DNA of 64,000 nt, from contig NC_087251.1 of the NCBI RefSeq assembly GCF_037042905.1, positions 47,680,001-47,744,000 of the forward strand, read 5' to 3'. The position numbers were made by a program, and so were the translations under genes. The notes below the pieces were generated by a model. It did not search any database and was not told the origin of the DNA. It worked only from the letters and a program-made list of their open reading frames with translations. The stretch's first letter is position 1; each line of letters begins with the position of its first letter. Shown in pieces: positions 1 to 16,000 of this stretch. This stretch comes from Lytechinus pictus (Eukaryota).

Positions 1-226
1 TGAATAATTCTCATTTACCCAGGGTAGCCAGTAGGCCCTGCATAACATAAAACACTATTATTACCCTCTCCTATCATAATGCTGAGAACCTAGCAAGAAA
101 GCAGTTCAAAGGGCCCATTTTTATCAGTCTTTGGCATGACTTTTTCAGGGATTAAACCCACGAGTTCCTGTTCATGAGACGGGCTGCCACTGAGCTATCA
201 TGTAGTAATAACATAAGAATCACACA

Positions 227-659
227 CAGACCTGCCAACCTTCTCCAAAAAAAAAAAAGTATTCTTAGGAGAAAAAAAAAGTATTTTTGACAAAAAAAGA
301 GAGTATTTTTAAAAATTTGTCACAACGCAACAATCACCAGCCTGTTGTAATGAGATCGATGAAAAAACTTGTGAAATAAGTAATGACTCTACTTGAAAAC
401 TTGATAATTCACCCTTTTAAACATGTGCTCGTAGGCAAGAATTTACTTGTTCTTTTTTATTAAACAAGTTACTGGCCTGACAGTGATTTTTACATGTCTG
501 GGACTGTCGGACTGGCGCTAGTGTCACGCGCTGTGTATAATACATACTCCATGATCGGAAATTTAAAAAAAAGTAACAAATCATACAAAAAAAGTATTGG
601 TGTATTCATAGCAAAAAAGAGGAACAAATACTCTAAAAAGGGAACGGTTGGCATGTCTG
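227..659. mobile_element. Non-autonomous hAT-like MITE with 6-bp TSD
   Basis: Ends CAGACCTGCCAACC...GGTTGGCATGTCTG, flanked on both sides by CACACA. Confidence 0.65.
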
Positions 660-1018
660 CACACAATATTAATAATTGCCAGAAATCAAAGTAATAAAGT
701 ATAGGTCCTCTTGTCTTGTGTAAAGTAAAGATTCAAATTACATGTACAGTTTGACATAAAAAAAAATATGGGATTAGAGTTTAATCTAAAGGTTTTATTT
801 TCACTGGTTGTCATATATCTTCTTCTTTTTTTTCAGAGGGGGGGGGGGGCATACTGTAGGTAATCATCCACAGATATTTCAACAAACAGATTCCATCCAA
901 AAGCAACTCAATCAACAATATCAAATGTTTGATTTATGCTTCATAGGAAATCATTCAATCCACGAAATTTTCAATATCGTAAGGAGGTTATTAATGTAAC
1001 AAAGTAGTCTTTAATTAC

Positions 1019-4000
1019 CTTTGAGGAATGAATCTATTTCATCCTGGACCGATGTTGAAAGTCTGTACTGAGCCAATAGATCAAGGTATTGCATCTTGTT
1101 GTCTTCGGTTACAAGGAGACTTGAGCCACCAGGTAACAGCTCTACAATCTACATCATAAAGAGAACAGATAACACACATTACTGAGCTAACAGATCAAGG
1201 TATTCCATCTTGTTGTCTTCTGTTGTGTGTGGCTGAGCGAGACACACACAGACACACACTTTGTTCAGATTATCGGGATATCCCCAAGGGGTTTGTGTGT
1301 GCCTTGTGTGACTGTTCCAGTTATTTAAGAAAATTGATGTTAATTTCCTGTAGCTTCTTTTTGACTGAGTCAATGTAATAAATGGGGTAGTTTGTTTAAT
1401 CTCAGTTTCATTGATCTTTCTTCTGCCATTTTGTGACTTTGGATTCTGAAACCAAGTGATGTTAGGGGTTATAGCCTATCTGTGATTGAACCAATCTCTT
1501 CATTATTGACACATGAATTTTCATTTTTCATTTCTTTTTCATGTGCTTCGTAAAGATTACTGAAGCTAGCCTGTGTAAAAATACTGTTCAATTTGACTGG
1601 GTGAAATTTTTGCAGTGCCCTTGTTAAGTTTGATCCGTTTCTTTTGAAACCCAGTTCATATTGGAAAATGATATGATGAATGACTTAGACACATACCTGT
1701 TCAAGGTGACCATTTGAATCATACACCTCTTCTGAGAACTTGAGTTCCATGTCTTCCACTTCGTTATCTCGGATATACCTCACCTTGGTGGTGAAGAATT
1801 CAGAATCATCCGTCTCAAAATACTGATGAAAGAGAAAGACAGAGAATACTAATTACCGATATCAAAGGTTAGTCCATATTTGTGGCTGATTCTGCAGGTC
1901 GATTGATTAGTGGGATTGCCTTTCACTTAATAGTGTGAAAATAATCACAATGATACTCATAATTACTCTACATCAAATGTCTGGACAATTTTCTTTTCTC
2001 CCATTTTCCAAACCCGTAATGTTACATGCTCTAGTATTGACATACCCTGTATGAATAAATAAAACTTTTAAATAGCCCTAAATACTATTATCCCCGCTTT
2101 AGACGGGCCATCCTGATTAGGCGCTTAACCCTTAATCTCCCGGGGTATTTTTATTCTTGTCATTCCCGGGGGGGGGGGGGGGGGGGGGGGGGGGCATAAT
2201 GGCCCCCCCTTAAGATCTCAGCCGTTGATTGCGCGATCACAACGAAAATTTGCATGATGGTAGAGAATGACGTAATCTACGCAGTTGCATTGGTAAATTT
2301 CACTGAATTCATATATTTTCATTTTATATGAATTAATTATGCTAATTTATTCATGAAATCATACTTTTTGCTCTGATTCACTAAATAAAGCTCCTAGAAT
2401 GCTATTTTTTGGTGAAAATATTCTTTATAGCATTCCTAACAATTGTGAATGAAAAAAATTCTGGTACCAAGACCAATTTCTTATGTATTTTATTGTTTTT
2501 TAAATTTCTTATGTATTTCTTTGTTTTTTTACTTTTTGTTTTTTATTGTTTTTTCGATTGGAAATCGTTCCAGACTTAATTCTGATCATAAACAAGGCAA
2601 AATTAATTAAGTTTAATCGGTAAAAGTAGAAATAATGATACATTTATGAAGTCTGGCCAAATACACAATTTGCATTGGATTTGTACATGAAATCACGTTT
2701 ATGAGCAATTTTTGGTCTGACATGCACTTACATAATGTTGCGTAATGTCGTAACCGCGTACCCGGGCGTCACAAATTTGGTCTCAAAATTTGCGCGAGAC
2801 TTGAAAGTAAAAGTCAGTGAGCGGCGAGGTTAAACAATTTTGCGCAGCAGATATATCGCGAAAATTGTCGAGGGGGGGGGGGGGCATTATGGCCCCCCCC
2901 CCCCCCCCCCCGGGAGAATTAGGGTTAAGCATTCAAGCACTCCCTTCTTGGGTAGTACCCATTTATTAACTTTATTTATTTTAGAACTTTCAAGAAGAAG
3001 AAGAAAATAAAAAAGTATGCTGTCTTTCCCTGACTCTTTTATTTTTCCCCATATCCCCCTGATCTGTAACAATATTGCGTGTTTCTGCATGTTCATCACC
3101 CATATGAAAAATTAAAAACAAATATACACACATTACTTCCCCTACTAGTACATTTAAAGGGGAATGAAACCTTTGGAATTAGTAGGCTTTTGTCGAAACA
3201 GAAAAATCAAAGAAACAGATCAACAAAAGTTTGAGAAAAATCGGACAAAAAATTAGAAAGTTATGAGCATTTGAATATTGCAATCACTAATGCTATGGAG
3301 ATCCTCCTATTGGCAATGCAACAAGGATGTGTGATGTCACATGTGAACAACTTTCCCTTTGATGGACTATAAAATACCCCCAAAATGTCTCTTTTTGCTT
3401 TTTCGCATGGTGATACAAACTCTTTATCCATGATGTATTCTTTCAAAATCTGTATTACATGCCCTCCTATGAAAACTAAATGTGATAAAAGAGGCAAATT
3501 AAGTGAAATATATACTAAAGTAATGAGGGGAGTTGTTCACAGGTGACATCACACATCTTTAATAGTCGCATTGCCAATGTGAGGATCTCCATAGCATCAG
3601 TGATCGCAATATTCAAATGCTCATAACTTTCTCATAATTTGTCCAATTTTTCTCAAACTTTCGTTGATCAATTTTCTTTGATATGTCTGTTTTCACACAA
3701 GCTATCTTGTTTTAAAGTGATCATTTCACTTTGTTCTGATTAAAAAAATTCTCCTTTTGGTTCCTGAAAATGGGCTAAACATTAGGCTTATAGTGTAAAA
3801 ATACCATCCCAAAAGTTTCAAAGTATTATATTTACAGGATCAATTTTAAAACCTTGGAGATGTAAACCAAAGTTTGAAATAATTGGGAGTTGGTTTCAAT
3901 GACTATGTGTATACAGGGAATCTGTACACCACAACCCATTAATTCTAGATGAACACAGCATGACCTACATACAGTGTGTACAAGGTATACGCTGAATGTA

Positions 4001-7000
4001 CAGTGCAGCTAATAGTGTGTGTATAGGAGATACACACAACAGAAGGCAGTCAAAATAGCCAACGGACTTTTTGAATTGGAGAAAACTGGTCATAAGCTGC
4101 ACCCGTCTACTAGACGGTTCTCAAAATCAGGCTAATAAATTGCTACTTGTATCTAAATTAGAGTTTTTCATCCTATATTGTGGTCTGTTTCAGGGTTTTT
4201 GAGGACAAATACAGGCACTCATACGCACGTTTCAACTCAGTTTGAGAATATTTTTAATCAGCTGCTCACAAAGTTAAACGATCCCTTTAAAGGTTTCATT
4301 CTCCTTTAAGATGAGCTATTTATATACAGCCCTCACCTTATGGGTGACTCTGAGACCAATGAGTTGGGCAAGAAAGGATCGAGTAAACCTAGCCTTGACA
4401 ACCATTTGAGACGAGGTAGCCATGGGAATCGATGACTCGTACAAGCACTTGCCAATCAGCTTCCCTGCAAACTCATAGTATTTCAACTTGCCGAGGTAGG
4501 ATGGGCGGTTCGGGTTGGGGTGGACCTAGAATGAAAATAGTATGAAATTGAGACATATCAGGAATGAATATCAATATCCAAAAAAATTTAAAAAAGAGTA
4601 CTGATATTAAAACTTAAATTATTATGTATTATCACAACTAAAACTATGAAATGAGGGTATAATGATGCATTTACTAAATAATGCGATGCACACACTTTTC
4701 AAATTATGAATTTCACTATTCGTAGACTAGTAATTCTTTGAATGATGTAGAGATGACTTTCACAAAATTACATCCCAGCATGATTATTTGATTGCATCAG
4801 GTTTTCTTCAATTCCCTGACTTGGAATCTAAATAAATTAAATGTCCTTTCATAATATTCAGAATCAAATATTGCCCCAAATAAGAACATAAATATAGAAA
4901 TTACTATCAAAAACAAATTCGATTAAAATTTCCAACAGAAAATATAATAAAAATATAAAATGAATGATTAAAAATATAGACATAGAAAATTTCAGGACTT
5001 TCTTTGAATTTTTGCTTCTTGAAAAAGCGCTATTCAATTCCACAATTCTTCAGATACTTATTTCGATGAACTGTACAAATACTGTTTGGTATTCAATTCT
5101 CAATGAAAAAAAATAAAATGTTGATATAATGAGGATCTATGCTATATTACCAGGGCTTGATTATTGTCTTCTTCAAAGCGTTTGAAGAGTTTGTTGTCTG
5201 GATCAAAGAGAGATACGCAAAGCAGATTAATCCACTCTCTCATCAGACCTCCCCAATCTTGACCTGAGAGAAAGGAACAAACACAATACAGGATTCATTT
5301 GACATAAAAACATGTAAAATTAGAAATGAATATGAAAACTTGATAGGAAATATTTGTTACAGCTGCCTTCTGCTGAGTACATTTACATGCTAATGACACT
5401 ATGGATTCTTGAAATGAATGCGTCCACAACTGTGTTAGCTGAAATATATTGCACACTTCTAAAAAAAAAACATTCATTTATCATTATCAGATTGCAGGGT
5501 GCTACATAACTTTTTAGAAGCACTTGCCCAGTCGGGCAAGTAGATTTTTTAATGGGTGGAATATACTTGCCCAAAAATCTATTTCACTTTCCCGAAAAAA
5601 TCATTGAAAAAAAAAAAGGTTTTACCTCTCCAAAAGAAAGTTTTGCTGTTTTATAAACCATTGGCCCTTTACTCTCTTTTGACATGAACTGATCTACTCT
5701 GTTATATTGCATTTCTTTTTCCAAAGTGATTTTATCTTTCCTGTCATGACCAAAATCAGGGTCAATATATCATATCGACCCTAATTTTGATCATTCTACT
5801 GTGGGAAGTTTGCTTGCCCAATTCAGGCAAGTAGTTTTGGTCTTTACTTCAAAACACTTGCCCGACTCTAACTTTTACTTGCCCCGGGGAGTCGGGCAAG
5901 TGCTTATGTAGCACCCTGAGATTGTCCTCCAAATGATTATTCATGAGGCAATTTCTATTCTTTATTTATCTATTGGATGTAGAAGCTATTATGACAAAGA
6001 GTCATGACCTTTTGACCCCCAGATATTCTCAGATCATCTCTGCTCCAATGTGCATTACTACGCATAGTTTGAAGCCGAGGTTCCATGACATTTGCTCCGG
6101 CGACTATTGCTCCGCTGGAAAATCTGCAGGTTAAGCCAAACATTAAACCTAACTTCCAAAACAAAATAAACCCTAATCATAATCTTTACATTATTCTGAA
6201 CCAAAAAGTCTATTACAATCCTAACTATAACCCTATGCCCTCTGAAATGTTAAGAATGGAACAAATGTCCCAGGAGCATATGTCGTGTCACAGAAGTTGA
6301 TCCCACAGACTATTCTTTGATTATTGTAAGAACACAAACTAAGGCAGACATACAGACAGACGGAATGAAGACCCAAAAACAAAATGCCTCTGTCAACAAC
6401 ATACAGCAGACATAGGTATGACAATACAAGTTTTGATCATTGATGATTATAGATCCCCCTCCCAATATTATTTGGAAAAATGTTTAAATTTACCTTACAA
6501 AAAGCAATTCACTATGAAGGGGCTTATGAGACAACACATTCAGTAATAAGTCTAATGATAAAAGATCTTACATACCTTCTTCATTCATAAAGTGAATCTC
6601 AAACTTTTTACACCATTCTGATGTTGACAGACTTTTAGTGGCTTTCATGGACTGTAAGACAAACAATGTAAAGAAAGCCATCAAGCAGTATATTCATAAA
6701 TCTCATTCATTTTTAATGCAAACAGTGATATAAAGAGCAGATAACTCCCACTTTTTCAATCTTGAAATACACCTCTTCTTGACAAGCACGTCTGATTCCT
6801 TGATCAAAGAGTAAAAATATACAAATTTCACCAAATATTTTATTTTTCTTCAGAAACTTGACAATTCATTGACTTGGTCCTCCGATTTCTGGGATATAAT
6901 TTGTTAATTAATCGTGATTGAATGAACAGTTTGCTCTCATGATCTTTCTTTGGACTTGTATTAACAGAATCATTGAAGCTCTCTAAAGTATATCAATATC

Positions 7001-10000
7001 ATGAAAAGACCAACAAGAAAAATGAAAGGATTTTTGAGAAAGACATACCCTAGGTATCAATTATTTCCATTCTATTCATTGGTACTTTGATTCAATAAGA
7101 TATTCAATATCATACATATATGAACAGAAATTGATCATTGGTCAAGAGAATTAAGTTAACACATGTACATTGATCTGAATATTACCCAGGCTTTGATCTC
7201 ATAAAGATATCTTGACCTCTGATCTTAAGTCCATTGCAGAAAAGTTACCATTACGTTAACTTTGCCATCTAATGGTATTTACCATGGTAACAGTACTCAA
7301 CTTCCAATCATATTCAAGTTTTCAGTGCTAGTTACCATTGGATGGCAACGATACGGTAGTCAATGGGAATCATCTGGCTATAATGACGTATGGGCAAAGC
7401 CATAAAACAATCAACCTTTGTGTAGAACCCAACACCCTTTTTTCTTCATTTCACTGCACTTTGTGTACTCCTCAATCCATGATGAATTTAGAGCATTACA
7501 CCTTTCTTTTTATATGAAGCACAGAGCAGAGATGAAGCAGATCAGGGAGGCCTTGCAGAGATGGATGCAAATTACTTCATGGAATTACCCAATTCATGAT
7601 TATCTTTGATCTCTTAATTTACATGACACTTGATACACAGATAACAGAGCTGATAACCTTCTGCCAGCCAAAAAATAGAATCATAATGGCAAAAAAGGAA
7701 TTTGCAACAAGAACCAATAAAAAAAAAAAAGGAATTTGTAAACATGAACTTTAAAACCACACACAACAAACACCCGATACAGAAAGTACCTATGGAGTGA
7801 TGAGACATTCCATTCAACATGAAAAAAAAAAAACATTTCGGAGAGGCAATCAAAGGTAGTCCAGTGAAATTGTGTTAGTAGCTCCATATATTTTTAGCAT
7901 ACAAAATATGATCTTGACTTACGCTTTCTAGGAGGTTGTGTCTATCGATATTCAGACTGATGACGGATGCTTTCCTATTATGATGCTTCAGAACTTCTGA
8001 ATAGAAACATTTCTGCTTATCTTGAAAGGTCTCCGATCCACCTTCAAAAATTAAGCATAAAAAACAGATGGTACTTAATTAACTTTTGAATAACAGAGAT
8101 GACTCAAGACATACAATAATTGGTTAAATTGAAAACCATCTTAAATATCGTCAAGCAAAACATTATATCACTCTTTCATGTGCAAAGTCCATTTAGTACA
8201 GATAAGATGAATTGGCAGACCACGTATTTGCATATCAAGCGCGTGGAGCTGTTGTTTGCTTTGATTCAGTACATGTTTCCAATGGGATTTGCGCATTTTA
8301 TCTAAACTTGTATGGCATCGCCAAGAAAATCCCCACATATCTCAGAAACTAAAGTAAATTGCTACCTAGAAATTAAATCATGTAGAGGAATGGACTTGTA
8401 CTTTCATTTTCTGCAAAAATCTAAATATCAATATTTGTAAACCATAATTGACTGATACAACGATTCGGACGAATGCTGACGATATGATCAAAAGAGGATT
8501 TTCTTTTTCATTCAATTAAAAATCAACGAAAGTAAAGGCTAAATGCTTCATTTACGCAAATACCAGAAAATAACAAAGCAGTGTATTATCAAATGTGAAA
8601 GCTTTAGCAATTACTAATATTAGAACTAAAATACATATTTTTCCCCAAAATATAAGAAAATACTGCCAAGCAAGGTAACATGGTAGAGACATAAAACAAA
8701 TTTTCACAATAACAGCATTGACATTGGAACTAAAGATAATATACATTTTTTTACATATAAAAACAAATTACTGTAAAGGAAGTCAATGTTACACAGATAA
8801 ATAAAGAAGGTATTTCATAATAACAAATGAAGTTTAAAAGGCAATACCTATATTCATGAGTAGGAATTTAGTGAATGTAGCGGCCATGATGTCTCTGTGC
8901 TTAGAAGCTAGTTTAATGGGAGGTTGTCCACCATCGTCTATAGTAAACACAGGCACACTCTGGTCAGTCTCTCCTTCAAAATGAAACTAGACAAAAGACA
9001 GTATACTCAAATTAATTCAACACATGTTATTTTTTCAAACTATTTACATCTATGATTTCATAATGCAAACCAAAGTAATTTTATTCAATCTGCCCCTAAC
9101 AATCATTACCCAGCTATAGCATATGGATTTAAGTAAATTAATAATTTTCAGGTTTGGGAATATATCGTAATCATCACTTAATCTACAACTAACCAAGTAA
9201 TTTTGTTAAAGCTATAAATCATTAATAGGCACTTTGGTTTACTGTTTAAGCTTTCCATGAATTTCACACAAAGTGCCACTTCTGCATGAAAGGAGATTGC
9301 GATACAAGAAGGCATATTTTATAGAATGAACACATCTTCTTGATATACATGCATGAATTACTGTGAGAACATGTTAAGTCAGAGAAAACGGCTAATAAAG
9401 AAATTATAATCAGTAGCCAAGATAAATTATGGCATTCTCCGTGACATCGACTTGATTGCTATATATACATTTATTTTTATTATTTGCATAATCGTTTTTC
9501 GACATCATTTGATTCTTGATGAATTGTACTTTTTAAAAAGAAATTTACAATTAATTAATTTCAATTAGGAATGTGAAATTTGAATTTTGAAATGTGAAAT
9601 TTAATTTTTTTTACAATTTAAATTTGTAACTGAATTTGAATTTGGATAGTATGAAATACCTTAGTTGCCGGGCAGACCCTGAATGTGAATAATCTCTTTG
9701 GGATGACCATGAGGTAATATTCTTTGATGGTAAACTGCTTGGATGAGATGTAGCAGTAGACCTTCCTTGGTTTACGTAACTTCTCCTTATTGGTGGCCAG
9801 CAACGTAGCCTCGTACCAATTGTCTACATGCTTCTTCTTCATGGTTTTGCTGACTTTTGCAATGTCCGTTTCTATAAAGAGAAAGAAATTCAAGTGTATC
9901 ATGAGAAGCTTATTCACTGATATATTAGCATTTCTTGCAAAGAATAAAAAAAGAATATTGTTTCCCTTTAACCCTAAATAGACATCTAAGAAGACTGAGG

Positions 10001-13000
10001 GGGGGGGGGGGTGATTCAGCCCCCTTATGATCTCGGCCATCAATCGCGCGATCGCAACGAAAATTGGCACGCGCATTACCCATGGCATGGCATAGTCTAC
10101 AACACTAAGATTCTGCGAAAAATCTCATTGCTAATTAATTATGCTAATTTATGCATAAATTCAAGTTTGCACTAATTAACTAAATAATGCTCCTATTAAA
10201 AATGCTACTTTTTGATTCACAGACTCTTTATAGGAATCTGATCAAATTAACTTTTAAAAAATTCATCATCACATTTCTTTTCTTTTCTTTTGTATTTTAT
10301 TTTTTTCTAAATTTCCTATGTATTTCTCTGTTTTTCAACTTTTTGTTTTTAATTGTTTTTTCAATGTTAATTGTCGGGGACTTTATTTTGACCATAAACA
10401 AGATGAAATTAATTGATTTTAATCACTATTAAAAAAGGAAAAACAATGATACATTTATGAATTTTGGCTCAAAACATTATTTGCATTGGATTTGTACACG
10501 AATTCACGTTTTTGAGCAATTTGGGGTCTGCATGCACTTACAAAATTTTGTGTAATTTCAGAACCCGTACCCGGGGGTCACAATTTTGGTCTCAAAAGTT
10601 GCGCCAGACTTGAAAAAAAGTCAGCGAGCGACACGGTCAAAAAATTTTGCGCGGCAGATTCATCGCGAAAAATGTCGAGGGGGGGGGGCTGAATCAGCCC
10701 CTCTGTCTTATTAGGGTTAATTCAGAGAGCGTTTCATGAATTATCTTGCCAGTGATTTTCACTGACAAATTTGCTCTGAGCCAATCAGATGCAAGGATTT
10801 TAGTACCTTATAATAGTTGCCAATGAAAATCATTGACCATTTGAAACACTCCCCTGTAATGTAAACCTATTCAGAAGAGTCATACAAAAGTAACAAATCC
10901 AAATGGGAATGGAGTACAAATTCAAATGGACTTGAACAACACATTTCTTGTCACTATTGTATGCTGTGGCATATTAAAGGAATAAGGCATGAACTTCAAA
11001 TAATGACCTTGCTCTTTGTCCTAAAAAAGTTAATGAGATAAGTTTAAAAAAAGATGACTTGAAAGAAGAAAGAGCAAACGCATTAACTTTATTTGCAGGA
11101 AATGAAAAATCATTTGGGCAAGAACTTCGATTAATCTATTTTTTTTGTGGTGGTAGTGCTTTGTCATGGAGGGCCTTTTTCTACGTTCTTGAATCTGTTG
11201 TGCATCGTGGAAACGAAAACTCTCTATCATCTTGTTGGCTTACCGTTAAGCACAAGGATGTTAAAGTCCCCATTCATGAACTGGGTGCCGTGGTATGTTG
11301 CAATGGCCTTGTAGCAGCCAGCCAGATCTAGCTTGATGATCATAGAAATACACTGACTCTCCCTCACCGGGGCTATGTCATAGAGCGGACTGAAAGAATC
11401 GAAGGCTTGGTCCCCTACCTGCACGCAGAGAAGAAAACAAACATTTTGAGCCAGGGAAAAAAAATTACAAGGGGTCAGGAAAATTTCAATCCCCAAATGC
11501 CCAAAAGAGCCTCGGAAAACAACAACAACAATTAAAAAAAAAGGATCCCAGGAAATTCCCACAGGGTCCAATAAAATCTGTAATACAATGTAGAAAATTG
11601 TGGCTGGTGAGCTCAAGAGTGGAATTTTAAAACTCTCCACTAATTTGAAAGCCTATCTGTAAACAAGAGAGAAGAATATTAACCTGTTGCCTACTAGATA
11701 TGGATGATCTCTTATAAAGCCAGTGGAAATTACAAACTTCAGTATTCAACAGGTTTTTATAAAAGTCAAAATATGAATATCTGGCTCTGAGCCACACTAT
11801 GGTAGGAGAGGCCAAGGCAGTGTTTCATGCAACATCTTGTTAGTGATTTTCATTGACAAATTTACTCTGAGCCAATCAGATGGAAGGAATTTCAGTAGCT
11901 TATAACAGTTGTTGGTGAAAATCATTGACAATTTGTTTGATGAAAAGCTCCCCTGGATTTATCAGTATTTTGGCAAAGGATGGGACCCAGTAGAGACCCT
12001 GGCGTATAAAGTAAACAAATGAAATAAACAATATACAGTCTATGATATACATGTAATGACATACATGTATGGATGACCTACTTTGATAATTGTTTTTATC
12101 TAAGTTAAGTCAATGTATAATCACAATGACCTATGGCAATGCAATGTCATTGACTTCGACAATTATCTGACCGATAATCAAAGAACATCTTTCTGGGTTT
12201 CGTTTGAGTGCATTTCCTCGGACTACAAAACTTCTTTCAAAAAAGAAATAAATCCCTGATCCAAGATCAGTGAATTTAACTTTGAATTTAACTTTGAATT
12301 TAACTTTGTTGAATTACTATACCATATATTCATAACAATTTGAAACTTAATTGTTATATCTCGGCAGTCTATCACTTTTACATTCTTCTCTTTCTTTCCT
12401 CTCTTCCTTATTCTTACATTTTTATTTTGTTTTCTTGGATGCAAAACCAGTTTAAAGGTGCTTCAACCAATCAAGCTTTTAGCTTATGTTGTAACACCTT
12501 TGTATGTTCATTATTTACTTGTGTTTCATATATATATTTATATATTATCTGTGTATTCTTTTACATTGTACATTGTGAACATGCATGAATAAATAAATAA
12601 ATAAATAAATAAGATCCAAATGAATTTCATATCATACTACCGTCATGGAAAAGGGTTACTTTTACTCATATTAAAAAAAAACATCAACAGAACTGCTATT
12701 CAAAAAAAAAGAAAGAAAGAAAACAGGTAATAACCATTTTTAAATGGGATAATTTTGTCAATCTTCAAACATAAACTTCTCCACACTCTTCCATCAAAAG
12801 GAGAGTAGGAACAGTGGGGACTATATTTCCCATTGTATTGGTTCCATTTCACTTATTTTTTTCAACTTCTTAAATTTCTATCTCTCTCTTGGAGGGGGGG
12901 GGGGGGGGGAAGTGGGTAGCTTCTAAAAGAATTTGAATGAATCACAATTTCATACTATACATACCCTTGTAACCTTGAGCTCAAAACCATGCCATCTCTC

Positions 13001-16000
13001 GTCTCCATTATCATGCCCCTTGTTCCATCTCTCTGGAGAACATGTATTGCCATACTGATCTCTTGGCTCCACCTGGAGCCCATGAAGGAGCCCCTGTGTG
13101 ACAACCACTGTGGAGCTGTGCTGGACAAAACCTGTTTTATGAGGATCCACATCACCTGTTGAGAGATGAGAGATGGAAGTATTCAAATAATCATTCATCA
13201 AACTAATAATAATAATAGCTATTTTCATATAGCACTTTCCCATAATGGCCCAGAGCGCTTTACAGCATATTATTACCCCAGTCATCGGATCCTTGCATGC
13301 CCGCACACAATGTATGCACCTTCTCCACTCCCTGGGGAGCATTCCAACAAGAGTTCCAAGAATAAATTGCTAGGCATACTGCATAGGCTTTCGCATCCTA
13401 TCGGGTACCCATTTAGCACCTGGGTCGAGAGTGGCAAAGTGTGGATTAACGCCTTGCCAAAGGACGCTAGACTGCGGTGGGATTCAAACACACGACCCTC
13501 TGTTTTCAAGGCTAGAGTCAGAACCACAACACCACGGCTCTTCCAAACTGATCTCTTGATAACAAAAACTGATAAGTGAAGAACATAGTCAATACATCAT
13601 TTTGAATCATGAGTCTTCAATGAATACTATCTATTTTAATTAGGCCAACATTCTGGAATGCAACCAAATTTCCAAACTCTTATTAAACGGAAACCAAAAC
13701 CCAAGAAGAGAAGCGATTTTATTGAAAAGAGTAAAATGAGAGGAACAATTTAAAACAAGTTTCATCAAAATAGGTTAAAAATAAGTAAGTCAGGGATGTT
13801 TAAAGAGTGTTCTACTTTCTATGGGGGACCTCAAATTGGCAACACCATGCTTTAGAATGGCAGATTTTGTGGACAAATCTCCATTTGTTTTGTACACAAA
13901 TTTTCAAATTTCCCCCTTTATTTTGAATATTTCACATTGTCTCCTCCTGACCTTAACATAATTATATTTTCCCATGACATATGTTAAGCTCAGAAGGAGG
14001 CAAGATGAAATTTGAAAGATAATGGGGAAAATCTGAAAATTTGTGTCCAAAACAAATGGAGATTTGTCCACAAAATCAGCCATTTTGAACATGTTTGCCA
14101 ATTTGAGGATCCCCATAGAAAGTACAACAAGACTTTTTAAACGACCCTAACCTAGCTTATTTCTTAACTGATTTTGATGAAACTTGTCTTAAATTCTTCC
14201 TCTCATTTTACTCTTTCAAACAATATGCTTCTTCTCTTGGGTTTTGGTTTCCTTTAATGCCTTCATATATTTCAAACAGAGCCTAGCACAGGAATATTTC
14301 TTCTACTCAAATCATAACACACATATTTCCTATCGAACAATTGGTTGTGAACTTCCTTATTACCTATCAAACATTTGAAACAAAAACAATAACAAAAAAT
14401 AATAATAATAATAATAATGCCATTATATTGCATTCAAGAGCGTTCCATAGACTTACATGTACGCCTACAATGCACAAATATCAGGTTGAAGTATAGTGCC
14501 TGAAATTATTCATGCATCTCCTGAATACATGTAAGAGCATTGCCCAAGGACATTAATCCCAATTCTCAAACATGGTAGAGAATGCAATGTCTCTCCGGTG
14601 AAACCGCCCTCAGGGCAGAACCTTACGAGCACCTGGGGAGCATTTCATGAATAGTTTAGTCAGTGGTATCCAATGACTGATTTGCTCCCAGCCAATCAGA
14701 TGCAAGGATTCCAGTAGCTTATAACAGCTGTCAGTGTAAATCACTGACTTTTTGTTTTCATGAAATGCTCCCCTGCTATCCATTATGCATGAGAATTCAT
14801 GTATCTGGTACACGATCCGGTGACCTACATTTACCTCCCCAGAGACGGGGCATGTACAGGTAGGCATATCCACACAATGCATAATATACGTTGTTATGTG
14901 GGGCAACATAACTTGGATATTCACAACTGATAAGCTTTAGCAGGGAGATGGATTTGAAGAAACATCATTATTCATCAAATTTATGTCCAGTACACATGTA
15001 TAGATCTGATATTTATTTTATGTACATCAATCTAGGTATTTCAAAATGGCAATGTGGGGTCGAATACAAAATGATGTCTTGTGGCGCAGACATACTACAT
15101 CTTTATCGAGAATATTAATGGATAAAAATCTCATTAAATTTTCAAAAAATACATTATTACACATTTAATGTGTAGTATAAAAGTATAATTTCAGGAGAAT
15201 AAGAAGAGGATATTCTGATTTTATTAAATGAAAGTTTCAATAATATGTACACTGAGTTACACAAAGTTTAACTCCTTGAGAAATCAACCCTGAGAATTTT
15301 TTTTTAAGAAATGAAATATTCAATATCATTCATCAACAGAAGACTAAATTAGTGAATACTTCAAACACTAGTTATTTTTGAACTGCTTGTTTGTTGATCC
15401 CCAGACAAATTGTACGAAAATCAAATTATATCTTGTTTTCGTTTCCCATGCTATTATTAAACTGTCTTATTTTTACACAATATGTTACATTAAATTGATA
15501 AGATTTAAATCAGAAAGACAGAAAGGGACTAGATTTCAATTTTTCTCTAATACTTGATATTTTCATTAATTCGGTATACATGAGCGATAAGCCAGTTCGT
15601 AGTTCCACTCTGCGCATGATCAGAGGAAGGTTATTTGTACTAAAGTGACATGGTAGTTTAAAATTTAATGAGATAAGCACCAACTTTGTTGTCTTGATTA
15701 TTCATATATTCTTTTGAATTGTGTTTCATTTACATCCCCAAAAACAGCAATGCGTCCACGAACGACTGGTATTTCACAGTTTGCCATGCAGTACATCGTA
15801 CAATATGCATTCAGAGTAGAAATGCAACAAATAGTGTCCATTGGTGTGCTGTTCTAGTCACCTGGTCTATTCAATTTCTTCATCCTGCTATGCAAGGCAT
15901 GCTTACATAATATCTTGCTTTGAAATCTGCCTATTACAATGAAAGAAATGAAAGGTCAGTTGAACAAAATTGTCCATGAAGTAACCACGAACTGGTCTAT

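Noticed and set aside
2167..2194. Long poly-G/poly-C runs (also near 2893, 12893, 22118 and 50322) as functional G-quadruplexes
   Set aside because: They mostly lie in MITE termini or are generic homopolymers of unreliable length; nothing here supports a function.
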